From Candidatus Nealsonbacteria bacterium (GTDB taxonomy: Bacteria > Patescibacteriota > Minisyncoccia > Minisyncoccales > RBG-13-42-11): 41,599 nt of DNA. The stretch is from NCBI GenBank assembly GCA_026396095.1, contig JAPLXK010000005.1, forward strand, positions 1-41,599, given 5' to 3'. The position numbers and the translations under genes were made by a program. Shown piece by piece: positions 1-9,309 of the stretch. Below the pieces are notes generated by a model. That model did not search any database. It had not been told where the DNA came from and saw nothing but the letters and a program-made list of their open reading frames with translations. How positions within the stretch are numbered: position 1 is the stretch's first letter; every line of letters begins with the position of its first letter.

Positions 1-1
1 G

Positions 2-688
2 GAAATAAGCGGAAACTTCGGAGAAAAAACTAAGGCGGCGGTAATCAGATTCCAGGAAAAATACCGCGAAGAAATTTTAGTACCCAATAATTTAAAACAA
101 GGAAGCGGAGAGGTCAAGCAAAGCACCCAGGATAAATTAAATGAACTCTGCTCCGCTCCCTCACAAGAAAACTTAACCCTTTCCTTAAAGCTCTACACCG
201 TTGACCAGACGATTTTAAAAGAAGTCGCTCTTCTTCTTAAAAAACAATGGGAGCCTCTGGGCGTTAACGTCGAAGTAACAACCTTTAATATATCTTCTCT
301 GGAAGAGGAAATAATCAAGCCGAGAAACTATGAAATGCTTTTGTTCGGCGAAGTTCTCGGTGCAATCCCGGACCCTTTCCCGTTCTGGCATTCTTCGCAG
401 GTGAGAGACCCGGGGCTGAATCTAACAGGATTTGCAGATAAAGAAAGCGATAAACTCCTGGAGGCCAGCCGCCAATCGCTGGACGAAGAAGAAAGAAAAA
501 CTTCTTTAGAGAAATTCCAGAATATTTTGCTTTCCGATGCTCCCGCCCTGTTCTTATATAACCCGGACTATATTTATATGGTTTCAAAAGAAATAAAAGG
601 ATTGGACACTAAAATAATGGTTGATTTTTCCCAGCGTTTCAGCAACGTAGAAAAATGGTATATTAAAACAAAAAGGGTATGGAAGTAG
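2..688 (+). CDS. ABC transporter substrate-binding protein (family 5, peptide/nickel type), 5'-partial, with a peptidoglycan-binding-like insert
   Basis: Frame is open from base 2 (EISGNFGEKTKAAVIRFQEKY...) into the 335..688 ORF. C-terminus DPFPFWHSSQ..GLNLTGF....DKLLE.....D...R...L..FQ.ILLSDAPALFLY is typical of family-5 SBPs. Confidence 0.8.
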   Translation, partial: EISGNFGEKTKAAVIRFQEKYREEILVPNNLKQGSGEVKQSTQDKLNELCSAPSQENLTLSLKLYTVDQTILKEVALLLKKQWEPLGVNVEVTTFNISSLEEEIIKPRNYEMLLFGEVLGAIPDPFPFWHSSQVRDPGLNLTGFADKESDKLLEASRQSLDEEERKTSLEKFQNILLSDAPALFLYNPDYIYMVSKEIKGLDTKIMVDFSQRFSNVEKWYIKTKRVWK

Positions 689-1296
689 AAAAATTAATTA
701 AAAAAGTCGAACCCGATATTAGGCGGTTAAAAGACATGAAAGATGTCATTTTTGATAAAGAATGGTATAAAACCGCTGACCCCGAGCTTCCAATTTATTA
801 CATGTATCGGGGTATTGAAAGAAAGGGTGATTTAAGGTACGATATTACCATTATTCCCCCTCAAACGCTCGGACAGGAATTCACTAAAACATTGGGTCAT
901 TACCATAAAAACTATGGAGAGATCTATATTGTTTTAGAAGGTGAAGCAATTTATCTAATGCAAAAAAGAGAGAAAAGAGAAGAAGGAAAGATTTCCGATG
1001 TTTATTTTATCAAGGCGAAAAAGGGAGAAGCCATTATCATTCCTCCTCAGCACGCCCATTTTACAATCAATCCATCTCTAAAGGATTTAAAAATGGCTAA
1101 CTGGAACATTGATTCTTGCCCGTTTGATTACGAGCCCGTTAAAAGAAAGAAGGGGGCTTGCTACTATTATACAAAATCGGGTTGGGTAAAAAATGAAAAT
1201 TACGAAATCGTTCCTGTTCTTAGAGAAAAACAACCCTTAAAAACAATACCTAAAAACTTAGATTTTTTGAAAGAACCTAAAAAAGAAGAAAATTAA
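679..1296 (+). CDS. Cupin-type (archaeal-type) glucose-6-phosphate isomerase family protein
   Basis: YMYRGI, LRYDITIIPP, TLGHYH, EIYIVLEGEA, IIIPPQHAHFTINP: cupin His-x-His/Glu/His metal ligands. Confidence 0.85.
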   Translation: MEVEKLIKKVEPDIRRLKDMKDVIFDKEWYKTADPELPIYYMYRGIERKGDLRYDITIIPPQTLGQEFTKTLGHYHKNYGEIYIVLEGEAIYLMQKREKREEGKISDVYFIKAKKGEAIIIPPQHAHFTINPSLKDLKMANWNIDSCPFDYEPVKRKKGACYYYTKSGWVKNENYEIVPVLREKQPLKTIPKNLDFLKEPKKEEN

Positions 1297-1303
1297 TTAT
1301 TAT

Positions 1304-2179
1304 ATGGAAATTCACAAAGTAGTCATACCTGCTGCCGGCTGGGGAACAAGATTCTTGCCCCAAACAAAGGCAATGCCAAAAGAAATGCTTCCGATTGTTG
1401 ATAAACCGGTTATTCAATACGTGGTTGAAGAAGCTGTTGCCTCGGGAATAAAAGATATAGTCATTATCACCGGCTGGCACAAAAGGGCAATCGAAGACCA
1501 TTTTGACCGATCTTTAGAGCTAGAAAAACACCTTAAGTCACAAGGCAAAGAAAAAGAATTAGCGGAGATTAAAAAAATAGCCCATTCGGCAAATTTCATT
1601 TATATCAGGCAAAAGGGAGAGGTTTACGGAAATGCCATTCCTATTCTGGCTGCCCAGCCGGCAATCGGCAATGAGCCCTTTGCGGTAATGTGGGGCGATG
1701 AATTTTTCAAAGCCAATCCCCCGCGCTTATCCCAGATGCTTGATGTATATAAGAAATATAACGGAATGGTTGTCTCGGCCGTAAGAATAAAACAAAAAAA
1801 TAATTTATCGCGCTATGGAATTATTGACGTGGAGCCAGTTGAAAAAAATATTTTTAAGATTAAAAAAATAGTTGAGAAGCCGGCGCCGGAAGATGCCCCC
1901 TCTAACTTGGCAGCTTTGGGCGCATATATATTATTGCCGGAAATTTTTGACGTTATTAAAAAATTAAAGCCCGGAAGGGGCGGAGAAATTTGGCTGGTTG
2001 ACGCCATTAATGAATTGATTAAAAAGGGTTTTCCGGTTTACGCCTGCGAAATAGAAAAAGGGAAATATTACGACACTGGCAATAAATTGGAGTATCTCAA
2101 AACGGTAACTGAATTCGCGCTATCGCATCCCGATACCTCCAAAGAATTTAAAAAATATCTCAAGAGTTTAAATCTTTAA
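1304..2179 (+). CDS. galU: UTP--glucose-1-phosphate uridylyltransferase
   Basis: VIPAAGWGTRFLPQTKAMPKEMLPIVDKPVIQYVVEEA, VEKP, YYDTGNKLEYLK. Confidence 0.95.
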   Translation: MEIHKVVIPAAGWGTRFLPQTKAMPKEMLPIVDKPVIQYVVEEAVASGIKDIVIITGWHKRAIEDHFDRSLELEKHLKSQGKEKELAEIKKIAHSANFIYIRQKGEVYGNAIPILAAQPAIGNEPFAVMWGDEFFKANPPRLSQMLDVYKKYNGMVVSAVRIKQKNNLSRYGIIDVEPVEKNIFKIKKIVEKPAPEDAPSNLAALGAYILLPEIFDVIKKLKPGRGGEIWLVDAINELIKKGFPVYACEIEKGKYYDTGNKLEYLKTVTEFALSHPDTSKEFKKYLKSLNL

Positions 2180-2189
2180 AAGATAATAT

Positions 2190-3263
2190 ATGAAAGTTTT
2201 AGTTCTGGCCGGAGGTAGAGGATCAAGACTGTGGCCCATCTCTACAAAATACAAACCGAAGCAGTTTCAAAAATTAATTAGCAAGAAAACAATGCTTCAG
2301 GAAACGGTTGACCGTTTAAGGCCAATTTTTTCAGTTGAAGACATTTATATTTCCACCAATGAAGAATATTTTAAAGAGGTAAGGAAAGAGTTGCCTGATT
2401 TACCTAAAAAAAATATAATCTTAGAGCCCTCGCACAGAGAAAGATTAGCAGCAATTTTGCTTTTTTTCGCTTATTTGGAAAAAAATGATTGTTCAAGCCC
2501 TATTTTGATATTACCTTCCGACCATTTGATAAAAGAAGAAAATAAATTCCGCCAAGCCATTTTAACCGGTGAAAAATTTATCAAAAGGAATCCTGATTAT
2601 ATGCTTCTTTTAGGAGAAAAACCGACCTTCCCCGACACTGGCCTCGGATATATTAAAAGGGGAAAGAAATTAAAAAATGGAAATGGCTTTAATCTTTATC
2701 AAATTTCCCTTTTTAAAGAAAAACCTAATTTAAAGACGGCTAAGGATTTTTTAAAAACAAAAAATTATTTTTGGAATACAGCAATTTATATTTTTACTCC
2801 CTCTTTAATTAAAAACTTAACCAAAGAATTTGTTCCGGATAACTACGGGAGATTCAAAAAAATAAAAGAAAGACTTGGAAAAAATAATTTTAAAAAATTC
2901 CTGGAAGAAGAATATTCAAAAATGGACAAGGTTTCTTTGGAGTATTCAATAATAGAAAATTACAAAAAAAATGCCGTCCTTCCGGTTTCTATTGGCTGGT
3001 CCGATGTCGGCAGTTGGGCAGTTTTAAAAAAATGCTTAGCTTCGCCGGATGAAAGCTTTATAAAAGGAAACCATATAGGTATAAACTCAAAAAATATTAT
3101 GGTTTACGGACCGGAAGACAAACTGGTTGCAACTGTCGGCATAAAAAATTTAATAGTGGCCATTACTGATGACATAGTACTGATCTGCCACAAGGACGGC
3201 TCACAGCGGGTTAAAGAAGTGATTGAAAAATTAGAAAAAGACAAAAATTTCAAATACATATAA
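2190..3263 (+). CDS. manC: Mannose-1-phosphate guanylyltransferase (no C-terminal cupin domain)
   Basis: LAGGRGSRLWP, PKQFQKL, ILPSDHLI, TGLGYI, FKEKP, YFWNTAIY, WSDVGSW. Confidence 0.9.
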   Translation: MKVLVLAGGRGSRLWPISTKYKPKQFQKLISKKTMLQETVDRLRPIFSVEDIYISTNEEYFKEVRKELPDLPKKNIILEPSHRERLAAILLFFAYLEKNDCSSPILILPSDHLIKEENKFRQAILTGEKFIKRNPDYMLLLGEKPTFPDTGLGYIKRGKKLKNGNGFNLYQISLFKEKPNLKTAKDFLKTKNYFWNTAIYIFTPSLIKNLTKEFVPDNYGRFKKIKERLGKNNFKKFLEEEYSKMDKVSLEYSIIENYKKNAVLPVSIGWSDVGSWAVLKKCLASPDESFIKGNHIGINSKNIMVYGPEDKLVATVGIKNLIVAITDDIVLICHKDGSQRVKEVIEKLEKDKNFKYI

Positions 3264-3268
3264 TTGTA

Positions 3269-4192
3269 ATGAAAAAAACAAGAAAAATATATTTGGTAAC
3301 TGGAGGGGCTGGATTTATCGGCTCCAATCTGGTAAAAAATTTAGCAGAAGACGGACACAAAATAATTGTCATTGACAATCTTACAACAGGAACTTTGGGT
3401 AATTTAAAAAGCGTTAAAAATAAAATAAAGTTTATTAAATCCACCGCCGGAAAAATTTTGTCAATAAAGGGACTGAAAGGCATTGACGGTATTTTTCATT
3501 TGGGCATTCCTTCTTCCTCCCCTCTTTATAAAAACAACCATTTGTTGACGTCCGAAGCTGTTTCCGATTTTATCAACATTTTGGATTTTGCAAAAAGAGA
3601 AAATTGCAAAATAGTTTTTGCTTCCAGTTCTTCTGTTTATAACGGGAATAAAATACCATACACAGAAACCCAGCCCGTTCTGATAAAGGATTTTTACACT
3701 GAGGCCCGTTATTCCATGGAAAGATTGGGACGTCTTTATTATGATTTTTTCGGCGTTCAATCAATCGGGCTAAGATTTTTCAGCGTTTACGGGCCAGGAG
3801 AAGAAAGCAAAAAAAATCTTGCCAATCTTGTTTCGCAATTTTTATGGGAAATGAAAAAGAACAAAGCGCCAGTGCTTTATGGCAACGGTAAGCAGGAACG
3901 GGATTTTATTTACGTGGAAGATGTTATTAGAGGGATAAAAACTGCCATGAACTCTAAGGTTAATTGCGATATTTTTAATTTGGGAACGGGAAAATATCAC
4001 AATCTTAACGAATTAATAAAAATCTTAAATAAAGTTCTTAATAAAAATCTCCCAGCTGTTTACGTTAAAAATACGGTTAAAAATTACATAGACAGACAAA
4101 TGGCTGACACGACCAAGGCCGGAAAAATACTCGGCTTTAGGGCCAAAACTTCTTTAGAACAAGGAATTAAAAAGCTGTCAGAACTCAACTGA
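3269..4192 (+). CDS. NAD-dependent nucleotide-sugar epimerase/dehydratase (extended SDR)
   Basis: VTGGAGFIG, IDNL, FASSSSVY, LRFFSVYGPGE, RDFIYVED, FNLGTG. Catalytic motif reads YTEAR. Confidence 0.9.
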   Translation: MKKTRKIYLVTGGAGFIGSNLVKNLAEDGHKIIVIDNLTTGTLGNLKSVKNKIKFIKSTAGKILSIKGLKGIDGIFHLGIPSSSPLYKNNHLLTSEAVSDFINILDFAKRENCKIVFASSSSVYNGNKIPYTETQPVLIKDFYTEARYSMERLGRLYYDFFGVQSIGLRFFSVYGPGEESKKNLANLVSQFLWEMKKNKAPVLYGNGKQERDFIYVEDVIRGIKTAMNSKVNCDIFNLGTGKYHNLNELIKILNKVLNKNLPAVYVKNTVKNYIDRQMADTTKAGKILGFRAKTSLEQGIKKLSELN

Positions 4193-4238
4193 TTGACTTC
4201 CCAAATCGATCGGTTTAATTAATAAATTAAAATTGCTC

Positions 4239-4322
4239 GGGCGAGTGGCGAAACTGGCAGACGCGCTAGCTTCAGGAGCTAGTGGGAGAAATCCCTTGGA
4301 GGTTCAAATCCTCTCTCGCCCA
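4239..4322 (+). tRNA. tRNA-Leu (anticodon CAG), long variable arm, CCA not encoded
   Basis: Acceptor GGGCGAG/CTCGCCC, D-arm TGGCGAAACTGGCAGACGCG, anticodon stem CTAGC-TTCAGGA-GCTAG, variable arm GGGA-GAAA-TCCC, T-loop GGTTCAAATCC, discriminator A. Confidence 0.95.
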
Positions 4323-4333
4323 CAATTAAACAT

Positions 4334-6070
4334 ATGTACACAAAAAAAATCCAACAACATAGTGCCAGAACACAGTTCAGTACTCATAGTACGACTGGTA
4401 CTGGAAATCTAAAGCTTATCCCGCTGGGCGGTTTAGGCGAAGTAGGAAGAAATATGATGCTTCTGGAATACAACGAAGCGATTTTAATCATTGACGTAGG
4501 ATTCAGAATGCCGGAAGAAGACATGCTGGGAATTGACTTCATAGTTCCCAACATCAGCTATCTGAAGGGAAAACAAAAAAACATTGTAGGCATTGTTTTC
4601 ACCCACGGACACTATGACCATATCGGCGCCTTTCCTTACGTTTTCAAAGATATCTGGACTCCAGGCCTGCAAATTTTCGCTTCCCCGCTGACTAGGGGAA
4701 TAATACTGAAAAGGCAGGAAGATTTTTCCGGCCAACCGCCTTTAAAGATCACCCAGGTCAAAGACGGCTCAAGGGTTAAATTAGGGCCTTTTCAGGTTGA
4801 GTTTTTCAGGCAGAATCACAACATTCCCGATAATTTAGGCCTATTTATTGAAACTCCCGTAGGCAATATAATTAACACTTCTGATTTCAAATTTGATCCG
4901 ACTCCGGTAAACGACTTACCCACTAATTTTCAAAAACTGGAAGGCTTTGCCAGAAGAAAGGTTATGCTCCTTATGTCTGATTCCACAGGAGCAGAACAAG
5001 AAAACCACTCTTTGTCGGAAAAAACAATTGAAAAGAATTTGGAAGAGATTTTCCAGCATTCGAGCGGCAGAATTATTGCCGCCACTTTCGCTTCTCTGAT
5101 TAACCGTATTCAGCAGATTATCTCCTTGTCGGAAAAATACAAAAGAAAAGTAATTATTGAGGGTTATTCCATGAAAAACAACGTGGAGATAGGAAATCTT
5201 CTCGGCTTTATTAAATTCAAAAAAGAAACAATCATCAAGGCGAAAGAAATTGATAATTATCCCGATTCCAGGATAACAATTATGTGCACGGGAGCCCAAG
5301 GAGAAGGTTCGGCTGTCTTGATGAGAATCACCCAGAAAGAGCATCCTTTTATCCGCCTGAAGAAAGGAGACTCTGTTATTCTTTCTTCTTCCGTTATACC
5401 GGGCAATGAAAGAACCGTTCAGATTTTAAAAGATGATATCTTGCGCCAGGGAACAAAGGTTTTTCATTATAAAATGATGGATATCCATGCCGGCGGCCAT
5501 GCCCAACAGGAAGAATTAAAGCAGATGATAAGGATTATAAAGCCGACTTTCTTTATCCCCATTCACGGCCAGTATTCAATGCTTGCTGCCCATGCGGAAC
5601 TTGCCAAAGAAGTGGGGGTACCGGAAAAAAACATACTGATTGCCGAAAACGGCCAGATTATCAGCCTGAATCAAAAAAGAATTGCTGTTGAAAGGCTGGT
5701 TGTACCGTCCAATTACGTGATGGTTGACGGCTTGGGAATCGGAGATGTGGGAGATGTTGTTTTAAGAGACAGGCAGATGCTGGCTGAAGACGGGATGTTT
5801 GTTATCGTAGTGGTGGTGGACAGACAGACTGGCAAAGTCAAGGGATCTCCTGATATAATATCAAGGGGATTCATTTATCTAAGGGAGTCAAAGGGTCTGC
5901 TGAATGAAACCAGAAAAAAGGTGATTGAAATAGTTAATAAAACGGCTGGATCAGGAGGAGCGGTAAACTGGATATACATTAAAGATGAGATGAGAAACAA
6001 AATAGGACAATTTTTCTTCACCAAAACCCACCGGAGACCCATGATTCTGCCGGTGGTAATAGAAGTATAA
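4334..6070 (+). CDS. rnj: Ribonuclease J
   Basis: LGGLGEVGRNM, THGHYDHIG, HNIPD, SDFKFD, MSDST, TGAQGE, HAGGHA, PIHGQY, RRPMILPVVIEV. Confidence 0.95.
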   Translation: MYTKKIQQHSARTQFSTHSTTGTGNLKLIPLGGLGEVGRNMMLLEYNEAILIIDVGFRMPEEDMLGIDFIVPNISYLKGKQKNIVGIVFTHGHYDHIGAFPYVFKDIWTPGLQIFASPLTRGIILKRQEDFSGQPPLKITQVKDGSRVKLGPFQVEFFRQNHNIPDNLGLFIETPVGNIINTSDFKFDPTPVNDLPTNFQKLEGFARRKVMLLMSDSTGAEQENHSLSEKTIEKNLEEIFQHSSGRIIAATFASLINRIQQIISLSEKYKRKVIIEGYSMKNNVEIGNLLGFIKFKKETIIKAKEIDNYPDSRITIMCTGAQGEGSAVLMRITQKEHPFIRLKKGDSVILSSSVIPGNERTVQILKDDILRQGTKVFHYKMMDIHAGGHAQQEELKQMIRIIKPTFFIPIHGQYSMLAAHAELAKEVGVPEKNILIAENGQIISLNQKRIAVERLVVPSNYVMVDGLGIGDVGDVVLRDRQMLAEDGMFVIVVVVDRQTGKVKGSPDIISRGFIYLRESKGLLNETRKKVIEIVNKTAGSGGAVNWIYIKDEMRNKIGQFFFTKTHRRPMILPVVIEV

Positions 6071-6074
6071 TTAC

Positions 6075-6933
6075 ATGAGAGTATTTTCAGGCATACAGCC
6101 GACGGGAGATATTCATATAGGGAATTATCTCGGAGCGATAAAGCAATGGATTGAACTTCAAGAAAAAAATGAATGTATTTTTTGCATTGTTGATCTTCAT
6201 GCTTTAACCGTTCCTTATGATCCGAGAAAGCTGGAAGGGTTGATAATGGAAAAAGTCATCGCCTATCTGGCTGCCGGAATTGATCCGGAAAAATCAATAA
6301 TTTTTGTCCAGTCTCAAATTAAAGAACATACCGAACTGGCCTGGCTTTTAAATACAGTTACTCCCATTGGAGAACTTGAAAGAATGACCCAATACAAAGA
6401 AAAGTCCAAAAAATTCAAAGACCAGAAAATTCAACCAAAGATTCGGTCAAGTTTTTAAGGTTCCCGAAGTGAAGCTGCCGAAAACAGGCTCTAGGATTAT
6501 GAGCCTTTCAAACCCTTTGAAAAAAATGTCCAAGAGCGATTCGCCTGAAAGCTATATCGGACTGTTCGACGAGCCGGAGATGATAAAAGCAAAGATCATT
6601 AGGGCGGTAACCGACACGGGTAAAATCGTAAAATATCAGCCTGAAAAGAAACCGGGGATTTCTAATCTCTTGACCATTTATTCCTTATTTTCAGGAAAAA
6701 CAATCAGCGAACTGGAAAAGAAATTCAAAAACAAGGGCTATGCTGATTTTAAAAAATCATTGGCTGAGCAGACGATAAACTCTTTGGAGATATTCAGAAG
6801 AAAAAGAAAAGAACTTCTCTTGAGAGAAGTCTATGTTAACGAAATTTTAAACCAGGGAATGAAAAGAGCCCAGGTCATCGCCCAATCAACCATTCAGGAT
6901 GTCAGAAAGAAAATGGGTCTTTTCCTCCACTAA
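6075..6933 (+). pseudogene. trpS: Tryptophan--tRNA ligase, split by an internal deletion with frameshift near 6420 (probably an assembly artefact)
   Basis: 5' part has FSGIQPTGDIHIGNY and ERMTQYKEK. 3' frame is open from 6421 (RKFNQRFGQVFKVPE...IMSL..PLKKMSKS). The conserved GLxxYPxLMAADIL...VPVGxDQxQHxE block is absent. Confidence 0.85.
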
Positions 6934-8241
6934 TTCTTTGCTTTTCGCCTCTATAACCAAGCGCAAAAGCGGTTCAGTATTGGAAGGACGGACCAAAAAC
7001 CACCAATCTTTAAAATCAACCCTTAAACCGTCTAATTTTAGGACTTTTCCTTTCTCTCCGCCTCCAGGCGGATTTTTTTCTAATTCTTTCAATATTTTTT
7101 CTTTGTCTTTCACCTTGAAATTAATTTCTCCAGAACTAAAATATTTTTTAAAAGGAGAGATTATTTCAGAAAAAGGCTTTGATTCTTGGGATAATTTTTC
7201 CAATATTTTAAAAATAACGAAAAATGGACATTCGCAAAAGAAATGATCCTTATGGTAATAATGGCCCGATAGCTCTCCTCCGAAAATAGCGTTTTCTTTT
7301 CTCATTCTTTCCTTTATATAGGAATGCCCTATTCTTTCTATCAGAGCCTTTCCCCCCTCCCTTTCTATCGTCTCTCTGACCGAATTGCTTGAGCGGATGT
7401 CGTAAAGAATTTTTTCCCCCGGATTTTCTTTTAAAATGATCTCTGCCATCAAGGCGGTTATCATATCCCCTTCAATGGCATCTCCTTTTTCGTCAATAAA
7501 AATCACCCTGTCTCCGTCCCCGTCAAATCCTATCCCAAAATCAGCCTTTCTTGATTTAACGGTTGCCGACAAGTCCCTGATGTTTTCTTTTTTAAGCGGG
7601 TCGGGCTGATGATTGAGAAAACTCCCTTCAAGCGCGGAAAAGATGTGATGTATCTGGCAATTGGTGTTTTGAAAAATTTCCGGAATGATAATTCCTGAAA
7701 CGGCATTGGCGGTATCTATGACTATTTCAAGAGGTTTGATCTTTTGAAAATCAAAACCTTCCCTGTTGAATTGAATATACTCTTTTAGGGATTCTTTTTT
7801 TGTTATTTCGCCACTGATCTCTTTTTTAAATTTCCCTCTAAGAGATAATTTCAGAATTTCTCTTATTCCGCTCTTTTCGCTTATCGGTATGGCTTTTTCT
7901 CTTTCCATTTTAAATCCGTTGTATTGGGCCCCGTTGTGGGAGGCGGTAATGTTTATTCCGCCGTCAAATTCAAAAAAAGCGCAGGTCCAATAAAGCAAAG
8001 GCGAAGTGGATAGCCCGATATCAACCACGTCAGCCCCTTGTTTGATCATGCCCAGGGTTAAAGCTTCAAAAAGAGAGGGGGAAGAAAGACGGTTATCCTG
8101 ACCAACAACAATTTTAGGTTTTTTCTTTTTTAAAAACTGAACATAAGCGCGGCCTATAATATAAGCTGCTTCTCCGTCAAGTTCTTCGGGGTATATTCCC
8201 CTGATGTCGTAGGCCTTAAAAATGCTAGGATTGATTTTCAT
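6886..8241 (-). CDS. manB: Phosphomannomutase/phosphoglucomutase
   Basis: IFKAYDIRG, ITASHN phosphoserine loop, FDGDGDR metal loop, GELSGH, LDGLR, RPSNTEPLLRL. Confidence 0.92.
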   Translation of the reverse strand: MKINPSIFKAYDIRGIYPEELDGEAAYIIGRAYVQFLKKKKPKIVVGQDNRLSSPSLFEALTLGMIKQGADVVDIGLSTSPLLYWTCAFFEFDGGINITASHNGAQYNGFKMEREKAIPISEKSGIREILKLSLRGKFKKEISGEITKKESLKEYIQFNREGFDFQKIKPLEIVIDTANAVSGIIIPEIFQNTNCQIHHIFSALEGSFLNHQPDPLKKENIRDLSATVKSRKADFGIGFDGDGDRVIFIDEKGDAIEGDMITALMAEIILKENPGEKILYDIRSSNSVRETIEREGGKALIERIGHSYIKERMRKENAIFGGELSGHYYHKDHFFCECPFFVIFKILEKLSQESKPFSEIISPFKKYFSSGEINFKVKDKEKILKELEKNPPGGGEKGKVLKLDGLRVDFKDWWFLVRPSNTEPLLRLVIEAKSKELVEEKTHFLSDILNG

Positions 8242-8259
8242 GCGCTTCTATTATATCAT
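8231..8259 (+). promoter_or_regulatory. Putative sigma70 promoter of ychF
   Basis: TTGATT (8231-8236), 17 nt, TATCAT (8254-8259), 7 nt, then ATG at 8267. Confidence 0.5.
8250..8258 (-). promoter_or_regulatory. Putative extended -10 promoter of manB
   Basis: Minus strand TGATATAAT, 8 nt upstream of the manB ATG. Confidence 0.6.
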
Positions 8260-8266
8260 ATTTAAT

Positions 8267-9301
8267 ATGTCATTTTCAGTAGGTATTGTCGGACTTCCTA
8301 ATGCCGGCAAATCAACTCTATTTAAATCTCTGACCAAAAAGCCGATAGATATCGCGTCCTATCCTTTTACGACCATCAGTCCTAACGTTGGTATAGTTAC
8401 TATTCCCGACGAAAGGCTGGAAAAAATATCTGAAGTTGTAAGTCCTGATAAAACCACCCCTACTGTAGTTGAGTTTGTCGATATCGCCGGACTGATTAAG
8501 GGAGCCCACAAGGGAGAAGGGCTGGGAAACCAATTTCTAGCCCAAATAAGGGAGTGTGACGCGATATTAAACGCTGTCCGGGCCTTTAGGGCCGATCTGG
8601 TGGAGCACACTGAGAAAACCGTTGACCCGGAAAGAGACATTGAAATCATTAAAATAGAATTGATAATGAAGGACATGGAAACCGCGGAAAAAGTGTCTAG
8701 AGGGCTGGAAAAGGATTCCAAGTCAAAAGACAAGGAAATTATTAAAAAATTAAATCTTTTAAAAAAAATCAATCAGGGATTGGGCGAAGGCAAAAAGATA
8801 ACAGAAATTTCCCTCTCGGAAGAAGAAATGTTTGGTATTAAAGAGTTCCAATTTCTAACTTCCAAGCCCATGATCCATGTATTCAATATTTCAGACGAAA
8901 ATCCCTATCCTATAAAACCTGGCTCCCTTACTGTAAATTTGAAATATGAAGAAGAAATTTCCGACCTATCTGAGCCTGAAAAAAAAGAATTGGGCACCGA
9001 ATCGCATCTTGACCAAATCATTCTTGCTTGTTATAATGCTCTTGAATTAATTACTTTCTATACGGCCTCGGGAAAAAAAGAAGCAAGAGCTTGGACCCTT
9101 AAAAAGGGCTCTACTTGCCCCCAAGCCGGCAGTAAAATTCACTCAGATTTTGAAAAAAAGTTTATCAGGGCTGATGTCATCCATTGGGATCAGCTGATAA
9201 AGGCGGGGAATTGGGCCAAGGCGAAAGAATTAGGATGGCTGAAAACTGTGGGGAAAGATTATATAGTTGTCGACGGAAACGTAATAGAATTTAAGATTTA
9301 A
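8267..9301 (+). CDS. ychF: Redox-regulated ATPase YchF (Obg family)
   Basis: Start moved to MSFSVGIVGLPNAGKSTLF (ORF track starts at 8222 inside manB). YPFTTI, FVDIAGL, GEGLGNQFL, IHSDFEKKFIRA, GKDYIVVDG. Confidence 0.95.
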   Translation: MSFSVGIVGLPNAGKSTLFKSLTKKPIDIASYPFTTISPNVGIVTIPDERLEKISEVVSPDKTTPTVVEFVDIAGLIKGAHKGEGLGNQFLAQIRECDAILNAVRAFRADLVEHTEKTVDPERDIEIIKIELIMKDMETAEKVSRGLEKDSKSKDKEIIKKLNLLKKINQGLGEGKKITEISLSEEEMFGIKEFQFLTSKPMIHVFNISDENPYPIKPGSLTVNLKYEEEISDLSEPEKKELGTESHLDQIILACYNALELITFYTASGKKEARAWTLKKGSTCPQAGSKIHSDFEKKFIRADVIHWDQLIKAGNWAKAKELGWLKTVGKDYIVVDGNVIEFKI

Positions 9302-9309
9302 TTTAAACA

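Noticed and set aside
4193-4225. Promoter for tRNA-Leu (TTGACT at 4193)
   Set aside because: No convincing -10 hexamer at 16-18 nt spacing.
6060-6075. T-box riboswitch upstream of trpS
   Set aside because: Only 4 bp separate rnj and trpS, leaving no room.
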